The notes: generated by a model not told the origin, from the letters alone. 64,000 nucleotides of DNA from Mesotaenium endlicherianum (GCA_009602735.1 WELA01000930.1:1-64000), one strand, 5' to 3'; shown: positions 18,934 to 28,578, counted from the stretch's first letter. A program made the numbers and translations.

Positions 18934-20616
18934 CTAAAGTTTTAAATCTTTTTCAATTGCTGTTACCATATTGTTGTACTGAACAACAAGTTTGTCTCGA
19001 ACCTGTGCAGCTGCCTGCACATTGCGCAGCAGCAGGTCCACGCTCATTTGCTGTTTCGCCTGTTGTTTTTTTTCTTCACGCATCCGGTTGGCTTTTTGCA
19101 ACTGTGCCTCCCGGATATTTTTCTCCATCTGCTGGCCGATATTCTGGTTGGTGTCTACCAACCACCGGGCAATATGCGAGGTCCAGTCTTGACTGCTGTC
19201 GCTGAACATGCGCTTTGCTTCTTGTTGCAGTAACTCTTTGGCTTTGTTCAGTTCTTTTTGAAATTCTTCCGCTCTCCTTTTGGGAATGCGTTTGCGTAAG
19301 TCGGATATGCCATAGCCGATCAGCGACAAAGAGATCAGTCCGGTGCTCACTTTAACCCACATGGCCATGTGCTTGAACAGGCTCATATCGCCAGCTGTTG
19401 CAATTACCGAGAGCGGCGCCAGCAATCCGCCGATCACCACTGTTAGTCCTGTATAATCTTTCAGCGCTACCAAATATTCCATAGTGCCTTTTTTAACGAG
19501 CTCACCAGTATAGGTTTTATTCATGTAGCAGAAAGAATGAATGGCCTGTTCTTTATCGGGGAAGAGGGGATAAATCCCCTCAGGATTCACCGCTTTAATA
19601 CCTTTGCTCCTGAGCTGTATGTTCGCCTGTGTAAGCATATCTTCAAAAGAACTTTTGATGAAAGCTTCGTCTTTGCCTAGTTCAGTCCTGATATTGGCTG
19701 ATACAGTAGCAATAAATTGTTCCAGGAAATCTTTAGGGATAGATGCATCCAGCTTCTCTTTTTTCTCCGCTACCGTTTTTTGTTCCAGTTCTGTGAGGCG
19801 ATTGCTTTGTTCAACGGCCACCATAGAAAAGCGGCCTGTATTGGGTTTGTTGAGGTCTTCGTATTTGGCAGTATAACTTTTTTCCAGTTCTTGTGCGGTT
19901 TTCCGGATGAGTTGCCTGAGGTTGATGGTCAGCTCGCTGTTGTTGAGCGCTTCCTCTTCTTTCCGTGTGATATGGGTATTCTGACTCACCAGTAGCTTAC
20001 GGGTTTGCGCGGCCCTGGTTTCCGATGCCAGTATCTCATCTAAAAAAAGGAAGGCCGGTCGGATACTGTTGAGACAGGATAGTTGTTGCAACTGCTCAAG
20101 CGAAGACGGATGAATATCAGCAGTGAGAATAGTTGAAAGGTGTCCGCTATTAACTTTTTCCGGCGGCAGGAAAAAAATCTTGACCGATTGTTCCGATTGA
20201 GCGATGAGGCTTTGAATGTTGTGGGTGTTTCCCAACAGGTCAACCAGGAACATGGCCCGGTAACCATTATTTTCTTTTTTGAAATAACGGATCAGTGCAT
20301 CACACTCCTGCATGGCTTCATCCCAGATGATGAATGCGATGGAAGGGATTGGGTCTTCAAAAACGCGCACCGTATAATTGAGTTCGTTTTTGATCAGGAG
20401 TTTATAAGGAGTTTCATTTTCCTGTAGCGATTGCATGATTTTTTTGCCTGCTGCACTAGCATTGGTGCAACAGAACAGGTCGATATGAAAAGCGGTGTTA
20501 TCGGCAATACGCCTGATTTTCCGGCCAGACTCTTCCAGGAAACCGGCGAAGCTGGATACAGGTAATTCCTTCAGTAATTCATTGAAACCATCAGCGATAT
20601 GAAGCAATTCTTTCAT
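18934..20616 (-). CDS. Coiled-coil membrane protein with dynamin-like architecture and degenerate G domain
   Basis: Long helical ORF with a hydrophobic hairpin (LTVVIGGLLAPLSVIA...GLISLSLIGYGI) and a C-terminal coiled coil. The ORF is solid; the function is inferred. Confidence 0.55.
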   Translation of the reverse strand: MKELLHIADGFNELLKELPVSSFAGFLEESGRKIRRIADNTAFHIDLFCCTNASAAGKKIMQSLQENETPYKLLIKNELNYTVRVFEDPIPSIAFIIWDEAMQECDALIRYFKKENNGYRAMFLVDLLGNTHNIQSLIAQSEQSVKIFFLPPEKVNSGHLSTILTADIHPSSLEQLQQLSCLNSIRPAFLFLDEILASETRAAQTRKLLVSQNTHITRKEEEALNNSELTINLRQLIRKTAQELEKSYTAKYEDLNKPNTGRFSMVAVEQSNRLTELEQKTVAEKKEKLDASIPKDFLEQFIATVSANIRTELGKDEAFIKSSFEDMLTQANIQLRSKGIKAVNPEGIYPLFPDKEQAIHSFCYMNKTYTGELVKKGTMEYLVALKDYTGLTVVIGGLLAPLSVIATAGDMSLFKHMAMWVKVSTGLISLSLIGYGISDLRKRIPKRRAEEFQKELNKAKELLQQEAKRMFSDSSQDWTSHIARWLVDTNQNIGQQMEKNIREAQLQKANRMREEKKQQAKQQMSVDLLLRNVQAAAQVRDKLVVQYNNMVTAIEKDLKL

Positions 20617-20628
20617 GATAGCTGTTGT

Positions 20629-21282
20629 TTAGAATACATCGATCACCACCGTTTTCATGTACTCGCTTTCTTCCACTTCCTGCACAATTTTATGTATGCT
20701 GGTATTATTCAACCGGATGATCAGTTTGGTAACGCCCACCTGTATGGTGTCGTTATTCCCGATCGTTACTTTCTGCGCAATCCTTTGGCTGTTGCCATTG
20801 ATATAAGTGCCGTTTTTGCTGGGCTTTCCTCCATTGCCGGTGGCATCATCGCTGATCACAATCTGCAAAGGATCTACATTGGTCACTTCAAGCAATGCAT
20901 GTGTTCTGCTTACATAAGGATCGTCATCCAATACAATGGTAGGACTGCCGGGCTGTGAATTCCTGCCAATGTAATTCTTGCCATAATACAAGGGAAAGGT
21001 TTTGGCAGATTGGTTCTCGGTATGCCGGATGAGCCAACCGATCTCTGTTTTAGCGGCAGTTGATGCTGGTTTCGCTTCAGATCCTTTCGCCCCAATGAAC
21101 TCTGCCCTCATCTGCTTTACTTTTTCGGTATTGGCAATGTGCAGCTGACGCAGGAATTCATTCGGTGCATTTTCAGAAAGGCGCTGAAAATAAGCTAGCT
21201 TATCGTTCAGGCGCACGCGGATATCGGCATCAGAAGCCGACTCGGGTAGCTCTAAAAATTCGAGCACTTCGTTTCTTGTCAT
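20629..21282 (-). CDS. FHA-domain protein with N-terminal J-domain-like helices
   Basis: FHA motifs IGR, VSRTHA, SKNGTYING; N-terminus VLEFLELPESASDADIR. Confidence 0.85.
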   Translation of the reverse strand: MTRNEVLEFLELPESASDADIRVRLNDKLAYFQRLSENAPNEFLRQLHIANTEKVKQMRAEFIGAKGSEAKPASTAAKTEIGWLIRHTENQSAKTFPLYYGKNYIGRNSQPGSPTIVLDDDPYVSRTHALLEVTNVDPLQIVISDDATGNGGKPSKNGTYINGNSQRIAQKVTIGNNDTIQVGVTKLIIRLNNTSIHKIVQEVEESEYMKTVVIDVF

Positions 21283-21324
21283 AATCACTGTATTTTAATG
21301 GCCACACGATTCCCTGTTACAGGA

Positions 21325-22290
21325 TCAATGGGGCTTGCCAGGTTGTTTTGCAACAGAATCTTGTTGCACCGCCTCCTTTTTCTGCGGGTGTGTCATCATA
21401 ATTGATTTACTGGTATCTGGCTTCATAGGGGAGGAAATCTGTGTATGGCGGTTACCTGATGATCGCTGGTAAGCGTACCAAGCTCCTGCTATCAATAATA
21501 ACAGAAGTAAAACGGGAAATAACCTGCTTTTTGCGGCAACCTTTTTTTTCAGGCTGTTTATGTGCAGGAGGTACATAGAATAATTGTCCTTTGTGTTATT
21601 GCGGCAAAGCGCATCTATGACCTCGCTGTAATTACTAACGGGGTTATAAGGAAATAATATTGTTGCAAAGTGATCTTCTGTGAATTGCTCCATCAGTCCG
21701 TCTGTGCAAAGCAGGAACCAATCATCTTCCCTGATATCGCTAAGCACGGTATAAGTAATATCGGATGGATGCGTATGTGTACTCAGGCTGCGGGTGATAA
21801 CATTCCGCTGCGGATGCACGAGGGCTTCTTTTTCTGTGATCACGCCTTGTGCAACCAGTGTGGCTACCAGTGAATGGTCTTTACTTTTATAAACGGGAAT
21901 GCCATTGCGAAGCTGGTATATCTTGCTATCGCCACACCAGGCGATATAGGCATTGTGCTGACTGAAGAGCAGCAAAGCAAGCGTAGTGCTGGTAGTTGCA
22001 GCCGCAGGGTGGGTAAGAATATAATCGTGTACCTGCTGCTGAAAGGAAGCCAGCGCTTCATCGAGTTTGTTTTTGAAAGCCTGCTCTGAATCGACCATCG
22101 CTGTGGCCAATATGTTATAATAACAACGCGTGGCTATATCAGAAGCCACTTCGCCAAAGCTGCTGCCTCCAACGCCATCGCATACAATGAACAATGGGAT
22201 ATCCTGCGGCAGGTATCTCTTAGGAAGAATGGCGTCTTCCAGGTTTTTTCTGCCACCGATTTCATTCAATGTGAATGCCCTGATGTTCAT
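21325..22290 (-). CDS. PP2C/PPM Ser/Thr phosphatase with C-terminal TM helix
   Basis: RKNLED, VCDGVGG, GDS, DHS, RNVITRSL, LCTDGL, DN; TM segment LFPVLLLLLLIAGAWYAY. Confidence 0.92.
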   Translation of the reverse strand: MNIRAFTLNEIGGRKNLEDAILPKRYLPQDIPLFIVCDGVGGSSFGEVASDIATRCYYNILATAMVDSEQAFKNKLDEALASFQQQVHDYILTHPAAATTSTTLALLLFSQHNAYIAWCGDSKIYQLRNGIPVYKSKDHSLVATLVAQGVITEKEALVHPQRNVITRSLSTHTHPSDITYTVLSDIREDDWFLLCTDGLMEQFTEDHFATILFPYNPVSNYSEVIDALCRNNTKDNYSMYLLHINSLKKKVAAKSRLFPVLLLLLLIAGAWYAYQRSSGNRHTQISSPMKPDTSKSIMMTHPQKKEAVQQDSVAKQPGKPH

Positions 22291-22305
22291 TGTTAGTAAT
22301 TGTTT

Positions 22306-24195
22306 TTATTCAGCTGGATCCGCTGCCAGCCTGAACCCGATGTTTTTATTTCTTTTGCTCATTACTTCTGCATTGCGTGCTTTGGCATGAACAAAAAAGA
22401 TATCATTCTCATAATCGCCGCCCCGCAACACTTTTCCCTGCATGGGGGAGGGTTGCAGGTACGGGCCATACCAATCTTCACACCATTCATACACATTGCC
22501 CAGCATATCATAGATGCCATGCGCATTCGCCTGCCGGGTACCCACCTGGTGCGCTTTTTTGTTGGAATTCGTAACATTCCAGCTAACAATATTCAATGCA
22601 GTTTGTTCTTCCGTAGCAGCAGTATTCAACGCTGCAAACTCCCATTCTGCATCGGCAGGTAAACGGAATTGTTTGAAAGGAAATGTTTTGCCTTGTGCTT
22701 TCATTGCCGATAACAGTTTGTTGAGTTGCGCAATGAAAGCTTTCGCATCTTCCCATGAAATACTGTCGGCCGGGAAAAGCGATAGGCTGGTATCTGTGTA
22801 GCGGTTGTCTTTCATGATCGTTTTCCACTCAGCCTGTGTCAGCTCATAGGCATCGAGCAGGAAAGGTTTTACAGTAACGGGATGCTCCGGACCATCGAGG
22901 TTCCGTTTGGGATCATTGGTGCCCATGGTAAAACTGCCTCCCCGGATATATTTCATAGAGGAAGCCAATGCAGACAATACCTGTTCCTGTTTTGTATCTA
23001 CTATGGATTTATTGATAAGATTGCCCGGTGCAAAATATTTGCTGTATGCCCAGTATCCGAATCCCGCCATTGCGAGTACTATCACTATTGAAAACAACAC
23101 GGCCCCTGTTTTTTTCTTTTTAACAGGTACTGTTTCCAGTTCTTTCGGCTTCTTTGTTTTCACGATAGTCACTGCGCCATTGCTTTCATCTGGCACGATA
23201 TGTTCGGCGGTCTTTTTTTTGCCTGCCTGCTTTTTACTCTTAGCAATATGAGTGGCTACCGGTATGGAAATTTCCAGTGTTTCATCGTTGGAATCAGTGG
23301 AAGTACCAACAAAATGCAGCAACGCTGTGGATTGATCCTGCTGGTTTTTGAAAAGACCGATCAATTCATCGATGTTGCTGGTCCGTTTGTTGGCATCGGA
23401 AACAATGCATTTGCGCAGTACCGACCTGAAAGGCTCTTCCAGTTTATCCAACCTATCACCAATGCCTTCAGCATTGACGATCTTAGATATCATTTGCGCG
23501 GCCGATGTATCGCCGGAACGGGAACCAAAAAGCATATTGCCCGTGAGCAGGTAATAGGCAGTAACGCCAAAAGCCCAGATATCTACATTATAACTGATCT
23601 TTTTATTGATGCCATACTTTTCCGGGTTGAATTGCTCGGGCGCCATGTATTCAATAGTACCCAGGAGTATGGAGGCGCTGGCCTGGCTGGAATCGGCATT
23701 CTTGCTGATACCAAAGTCGGCGATCTTGGCCACCAGCCTGTTCTGCTTATCCCGTCCCAGCAGGATATTCTGCGGCTTAATGTCGCGATGGATCATGCCC
23801 TCATTGTGCAGGTATTTCAATCCCTCCAATACATCAATCAACAATTTTTTGAGTTGCTCGGTGGTGAGCGGATGCTGGCTCATATAGGTCTTGAGCTGAC
23901 CTTCCTGCACAAATTCCATCACACCGATCTGCACGTCTTCTTCCTGGCCATGCAAATTGCGGCTGGCCAGGGTTTCCACACCATAATATTTAACGATGTT
24001 GGGATGAGATAAAGTGATGGCTTTTTTGATCTCGTTGATGATGGTGTACTTGTTGGACTGCTCCTGCGGATGGAAGAACTTCAAAGCCACCGGCATTTCC
24101 AGTATCTTGTCATACGCTTTGTAAACGGTAGCAAAGCCACCTTTCCCCAGCAGATCCATTTGCGGATCATAGACGTATTTGTTCAGTATTTCCAT
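22306..24195 (-). CDS. Hanks-type Ser/Thr kinase - TM - FGE-sulfatase domain fusion
   Basis: LGKGGFATVY, VALK, HRDIKPQN, DFG, YMAPE, DIWAFG; TM AVLFSIVIVLAMAGFGYW; GIYDMLGNVYEWC, GFRLA. Confidence 0.93.
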   Translation of the reverse strand: MEILNKYVYDPQMDLLGKGGFATVYKAYDKILEMPVALKFFHPQEQSNKYTIINEIKKAITLSHPNIVKYYGVETLASRNLHGQEEDVQIGVMEFVQEGQLKTYMSQHPLTTEQLKKLLIDVLEGLKYLHNEGMIHRDIKPQNILLGRDKQNRLVAKIADFGISKNADSSQASASILLGTIEYMAPEQFNPEKYGINKKISYNVDIWAFGVTAYYLLTGNMLFGSRSGDTSAAQMISKIVNAEGIGDRLDKLEEPFRSVLRKCIVSDANKRTSNIDELIGLFKNQQDQSTALLHFVGTSTDSNDETLEISIPVATHIAKSKKQAGKKKTAEHIVPDESNGAVTIVKTKKPKELETVPVKKKKTGAVLFSIVIVLAMAGFGYWAYSKYFAPGNLINKSIVDTKQEQVLSALASSMKYIRGGSFTMGTNDPKRNLDGPEHPVTVKPFLLDAYELTQAEWKTIMKDNRYTDTSLSLFPADSISWEDAKAFIAQLNKLLSAMKAQGKTFPFKQFRLPADAEWEFAALNTAATEEQTALNIVSWNVTNSNKKAHQVGTRQANAHGIYDMLGNVYEWCEDWYGPYLQPSPMQGKVLRGGDYENDIFFVHAKARNAEVMSKRNKNIGFRLAADPAE

Positions 24196-24262
24196 GCGGT
24201 CTAAGCAGTATTTAAATATACTCTTTTACGCTTAGAATACCATAGGTGAAAACCCTTACGTA

Positions 24263-24778
24263 TTATTTGGCATTGAGGAAAGCCTTCAATTCTATGGCAT
24301 CATTGGGTTTCATTTTGCCGGCCAGGATCAGGCGGATTTGTCTTCTCCGCAGGGCGCCATCGTATAGCAGTTTTTCTTCATCTGTTTCGGGGGTCAGGGA
24401 AGGTACCTGACGAGGCTTCCCATTGGGGTCGAGGGCTACGAAAGTGAAGAATGCTTCATTGCTTTCGTATTTATACTGATGGAGGAGGTCTTCTCCCCAT
24501 ACTTTGAGGTGTATTTCCATGGAAGTGTTGAAAGCCCTGCAAACCTTGGCTTCAATGTGCACTACATTGCCCAGTTTGATGGGATTTTTAAAGCTCAGGT
24601 TATCAACCGAAGCGGTCATGCTGGGTGCATTGCAATGTTTACCGGCAGCTATTCCGGCGGCAATGTCCATCCAGTACATCAGCCGTCCCCCCATGAGGTT
24701 TCCAAAAGTATTGGTATCGTTGGGCAATACCAGCTCGTTCATAGCGGTGAAACTCTCTGAGGGCTTTTTAACTTCCAT
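24263..24778 (-). CDS. Acyl-CoA thioesterase (hotdog, YciA-like)
   Basis: VLPNDTNTFGNLMGGRLMYWMD, TASVD, FTFVALD. Confidence 0.9.
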   Translation of the reverse strand: MEVKKPSESFTAMNELVLPNDTNTFGNLMGGRLMYWMDIAAGIAAGKHCNAPSMTASVDNLSFKNPIKLGNVVHIEAKVCRAFNTSMEIHLKVWGEDLLHQYKYESNEAFFTFVALDPNGKPRQVPSLTPETDEEKLLYDGALRRRQIRLILAGKMKPNDAIELKAFLNAK

Positions 24779-24794
24779 GGGGATGATTTGAGCG

Positions 24795-24802
24795 CAAAGA
24801 TA
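24795..24802 (-). promoter_or_regulatory. -7 box for the thioesterase gene
   Basis: TATCTTTG on the - strand. Confidence 0.6.
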
Positions 24803-24822
24803 AGAGAGTTAAGAGTTAAGCT

Positions 24823-25920
24823 TTACACGATTACTGATTCAAGGCCTGCTAAGTAGCTTTCATCTACATCGGCGCCGATGCCGGGTGTTTCAGGCAACAG
24901 CAGTTGCATACCCTGATAGCTAACACCACCGGTAACGGGATCGGTCAGGTGGCCCAGCAGGCAGGTATCGAGGTCATAAAACCGGATATTATCGTGTGCC
25001 ATGGCAAAATGCACTTTGGCGGTGAGGGCCAGCCGGCTTTCCAGCATACCGCCCAACATACAGCTGATACCGTTGCTTTCAGCCACCCGGTTGATCTGCC
25101 TGGCTTCTTGTATGCCGCCACTTTTGGCGAATTTGATATTGATATAGTGGCAGGCTTTATTACGTATGAGCCGCTCGGCATCATGATGAGTGAAAACGCT
25201 TTCATCGGCCATAATGGGAATGGGTGAACGGCGGCATAATTCCGGCAGCCATTCATCATTCCATTTGCGCATGGGCTGCTCGCAAAATTCAATACCGTAC
25301 CCGGCCAGGGCAGTGAGGATTTTAAGGGCTTCTTCATAACTCCATCCCTGGTTGGCATCAATGCGCAATTGAATGTCTCCGCCAATGGATTGCCGGATCT
25401 GCCTGATCCTTTCTATATCAGTGGCGGGGTCTTTTCCCAGCTTTACCTTGATGATGTTCACGCCTTTGGCTTTGAAAGCAAGCGCCTGTTCCGCCATTTT
25501 TTCGGGCGTGTCGATACCGATGGTAAGATCGGATTCGATGGACTTTTGTTTTCCCCCGAGGAAGCGGTACAGGGGCTGAGCGGCCGCTTTAGCAGCAATA
25601 TCATGCAGGGCCAGGTCGAACGCACTTTTAGCGGTATAGTTGCCGGCAGTGAAAAGATCCAGTTCCTGCATCCGGTCACTGATGGCAAGGGCGGACTTAT
25701 CTTTCCATAACGTTGCAAAATCTTTGGCCATTTCAAAGCAGGTAGCCTGTGTTTCACCGGCGATCATGGGAAAAGCGGAACATTCGCCCACACCGCTTAT
25801 CCCTTCGCTTGTATGGATGCGGATGAACAGGTTCTGTGCCGAACGCATGGTGCCGGTTGCAATGGTAAAGGGCGCCATGGGAATGGAGTATTTGTAAATT
25901 TCCGTTCGTGTAATAAGCAT
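24823..25920 (-). CDS. Dipeptide epimerase (L-Ala-D/L-Glu epimerase, enolase superfamily)
   Basis: KVKLG, IDANQGW, EQP, MADES, NIKFAK, DLD. Confidence 0.88.
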   Translation of the reverse strand: MLITRTEIYKYSIPMAPFTIATGTMRSAQNLFIRIHTSEGISGVGECSAFPMIAGETQATCFEMAKDFATLWKDKSALAISDRMQELDLFTAGNYTAKSAFDLALHDIAAKAAAQPLYRFLGGKQKSIESDLTIGIDTPEKMAEQALAFKAKGVNIIKVKLGKDPATDIERIRQIRQSIGGDIQLRIDANQGWSYEEALKILTALAGYGIEFCEQPMRKWNDEWLPELCRRSPIPIMADESVFTHHDAERLIRNKACHYINIKFAKSGGIQEARQINRVAESNGISCMLGGMLESRLALTAKVHFAMAHDNIRFYDLDTCLLGHLTDPVTGGVSYQGMQLLLPETPGIGADVDESYLAGLESVIV

Positions 25921-25989
25921 CTGCGAATTTGCGGATTTTTTCCCAAAAGCTTTTTTACTTAGCAGGAAGCATCCGATATTCGTGCTCGA

Positions 25990-27192
25990 ATGACAAATTG
26001 GAAAATGAGTATATCCTTTGATAATACCGAAAATGCATTCGCATATAAGAGCGATAAGGACCTGAAAGGAGCCAGGTTTTTATTCAATACCATGGGTTAT
26101 CCCTGGTTTGTGCAAGTGGGTACCCGTCTTACCCCTTTTATCATGAGAACCGGCCTGCCGGTGCATGGGATCATACGCAAGACCATTTTCAAACAGTTTG
26201 TGGGCGGAGAGACCCTGGAAGAGACAGCCGCTGTAGGTGAAATATTGGGTAAATATGGCGTAGATGTGATCCTGGATTATGGCGTGGAAGGCAAAGATGG
26301 AGAAGCAAGTTTCGATCATGCCACCGATGAATTCATACGGGTGATCAATTATGCAGCTACACAAAAGAATATCCCCTTTATCAGTGTTAAGATCACCGGC
26401 CTGGCACGTTTCAAACTTCTGCAAACGCTGAATGAGGCGCCACGCCTGCGTAGCGGCATTCATGATCATGAAGCGGAGATCAACGAGTGGGACAGGGTAA
26501 GGGAGAGAATGTACGCCATCTGTGAGGTAGCTGCAGAAAAAAATATCGGTGTACTGGTAGATGCGGAAGAAAGCTGGATACAGGACCCGATTGACCGGCT
26601 TACCATGGAGATGATGGAAATCTTCAACAAGGATAAAGTCATTGTTTACAATACACTGCAGTTGTACCGTCACGACAGATTGCATTTTCTTACCATATCC
26701 CAACAGATCGCTAAAGAGAAAGGGTTCAAGCTGGGTATGAAACTGGTGCGGGGTGCTTATATGGAAAAAGAACGGGCGCGTGCAGCAGAGAAAGGTTATC
26801 CTTCACCCATACAGCCCGACAAAGACAGTACCGACAGGGATTATAACCTGGCGTTAAAATATTGCATCGAACACCTGGAAGAGATCGCCATCATTGTAGC
26901 CACGCATAACGAAGCCAGTTGTCTCTATGTAGTGGAATTGCTGAACGAAAAAGGTATTTCCCATCAACATCCGCATGTTCATTTTTCACAGCTGTACGGT
27001 ATGAGCGATAACATCACGTTCAACCTGGCTAAAGACGGACTGCGTGTAAGCAAATACCTGCCTTTTGGTCCCATTCGTGATGTGATCCCGTACCTTATGC
27101 GCCGGGCCCAGGAAAACAGCAGTGTAAGCGGACAAACAGGCCGTGAACTGGGATTGATCAAAAAAGAACTCCTGCGCCGGAAACAGGTGTAA
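25990..27192 (+). CDS. Monofunctional proline dehydrogenase
   Basis: [35 protein letters not shown]. The start may instead be 26005. Confidence 0.92.
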   Translation: MTNWKMSISFDNTENAFAYKSDKDLKGARFLFNTMGYPWFVQVGTRLTPFIMRTGLPVHGIIRKTIFKQFVGGETLEETAAVGEILGKYGVDVILDYGVEGKDGEASFDHATDEFIRVINYAATQKNIPFISVKITGLARFKLLQTLNEAPRLRSGIHDHEAEINEWDRVRERMYAICEVAAEKNIGVLVDAEESWIQDPIDRLTMEMMEIFNKDKVIVYNTLQLYRHDRLHFLTISQQIAKEKGFKLGMKLVRGAYMEKERARAAEKGYPSPIQPDKDSTDRDYNLALKYCIEHLEEIAIIVATHNEASCLYVVELLNEKGISHQHPHVHFSQLYGMSDNITFNLAKDGLRVSKYLPFGPIRDVIPYLMRRAQENSSVSGQTGRELGLIKKELLRRKQV

Positions 27193-27259
27193 ACAGGTTC
27201 TCCCCAGGCTGTTCAAATCATTCTTTTTATCATCACCAACAGTGGCGTACTTTGCAGGC

Positions 27260-28054
27260 ATGCAACAATACCTTCAATTACTCCAACATATATTGGATCA
27301 TGGTCATGCGAAGACCGATCGCACCGGTACCGGCACGATCAGTTGTTTCGGTTACCAGATGCGCTTCAACTTACAAGAAGGGTTTCCGTTGGTGACCACT
27401 AAGAAACTGCACCTCAAGAGCATTATTTATGAGTTGTTGTGGTTCCTGAAAGGGGAAACCAACATACATTATCTGAATGAGCACGGGGTGAATATCTGGA
27501 ATGAATGGGCAGATGCCGAGGGGAACCTGGGGCCGGTGTATGGCAAGCAATGGCGCAGTTGGGAAGGGACCGATGGCCAAACGATTGACCAGATCAGTGA
27601 TGTGGTGGCGCAGATCAAAAAAAATCCCGATAGCCGGCGCCTGATTGTCAGCGCCTGGAATGTAGCCGACCTGCCCAAAATGGCGTTGATGCCTTGTCAC
27701 AATATGTTCCAGTTTTATGTGGCCGACGGCAAACTCAGTTGCCAGTTATACCAGCGCAGCGCCGATGTGTTCCTGGGCGTGCCTTTCAATATTGCATCGT
27801 ATGCTTTGCTTACTATGATGATGGCACAGGCAACAGGTTTGCAGTATGGAGATTTTGTACACAGCTTCGGTGATGTGCACCTGTACAACAACCATATTGA
27901 ACAGGCTGCGCTTCAGTTGAGCCGCAAACCTTATCCATTGCCGGTGATGAAACTGAACCCGGAGGTGAAAGACATTTTTGGTTTCCGTTACGAAGATTTT
28001 ACATTAGAGAACTACCAGTTCCATCCGCATATCAAGGCGCCGGTAGCGGTATAG
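27260..28054 (+). CDS. thyA: Thymidylate synthase
   Basis: [27 protein letters not shown]. Confidence 0.98.
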   Translation: MQQYLQLLQHILDHGHAKTDRTGTGTISCFGYQMRFNLQEGFPLVTTKKLHLKSIIYELLWFLKGETNIHYLNEHGVNIWNEWADAEGNLGPVYGKQWRSWEGTDGQTIDQISDVVAQIKKNPDSRRLIVSAWNVADLPKMALMPCHNMFQFYVADGKLSCQLYQRSADVFLGVPFNIASYALLTMMMAQATGLQYGDFVHSFGDVHLYNNHIEQAALQLSRKPYPLPVMKLNPEVKDIFGFRYEDFTLENYQFHPHIKAPVAV

Positions 28055-28070
28055 ATTTAAAACAGATGGC

Positions 28071-28565
28071 ATGATCATTTCTCTTGTTGTAGCAGCGGCA
28101 GCAAACAATGTAATCGGTAGGGATAACCGGTTGCTCTGGCGCCTGCCCAATGACCTGAAATTTTTTCGCGACACTACCTGGGCGATGCCGGTAGTGATGG
28201 GGAGGAAAACCTTTGAGTCCTTATCGGGCAAGGCTTTGAAAGGAAGGATGAATATTGTGATCACAAGACAAAGCGGTTGGACGGCAGAAGGTGTTTCCAT
28301 AGCACACGACCTCGATGAAGCCATCGCGTTGGCTGCCAAAGCAAATTATGAGGAGCTGTTTGTGATCGGTGGCGGCGAAATTTATCGTGAGGCGATGAAC
28401 AGGGCAGATCGTATTTATCTTACCAGGGTATACACTGAAATAGCGGGTGATACTTTTTTTCCGGTAATAGACGAACAACAATGGGAGCTGGCATCCGAAG
28501 AACGGATGGAAGCCGATGCCAAACATGCATACGCCTACAGCTTTCAATTATGGAAAAGAAAATGA
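28071..28565 (+). CDS. folA: Dihydrofolate reductase
   Basis: NNVIG, LPNDLKFF, VMGRKTF, VIGGGEIY, GDTFFP. Confidence 0.96.
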   Translation: MIISLVVAAAANNVIGRDNRLLWRLPNDLKFFRDTTWAMPVVMGRKTFESLSGKALKGRMNIVITRQSGWTAEGVSIAHDLDEAIALAAKANYEELFVIGGGEIYREAMNRADRIYLTRVYTEIAGDTFFPVIDEQQWELASEERMEADAKHAYAYSFQLWKRK

Positions 28566-28578
28566 CAAAACGGTTCGT

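Noticed and set aside
23200..24012. 270-aa plus-strand ORF antisense to the kinase (and similar shadows at 51990-52796, 54487-55185 and 26080-26703)
   Set aside because: They lie fully opposite well-supported genes and have no domain signatures.
15425..24195. Diversity-generating retroelement (FGE/CLec domains are typical DGR targets)
   Set aside because: No reverse transcriptase, Avd or template repeat differing only at adenines was seen. The two FGE 3' ends are divergent paralogues.
20629..24195. Type VI secretion PpkA/PppA/Fha regulatory module
   Set aside because: No T6SS structural genes are in the window, and the partners are Hsp70 and a dynamin-like protein.
15351..24262. Kinase operon as a mobile island or prophage cargo
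   Set aside because: No integrase, transposase, tRNA or flanking direct repeats were recognised, and no compositional shift is obvious by eye.
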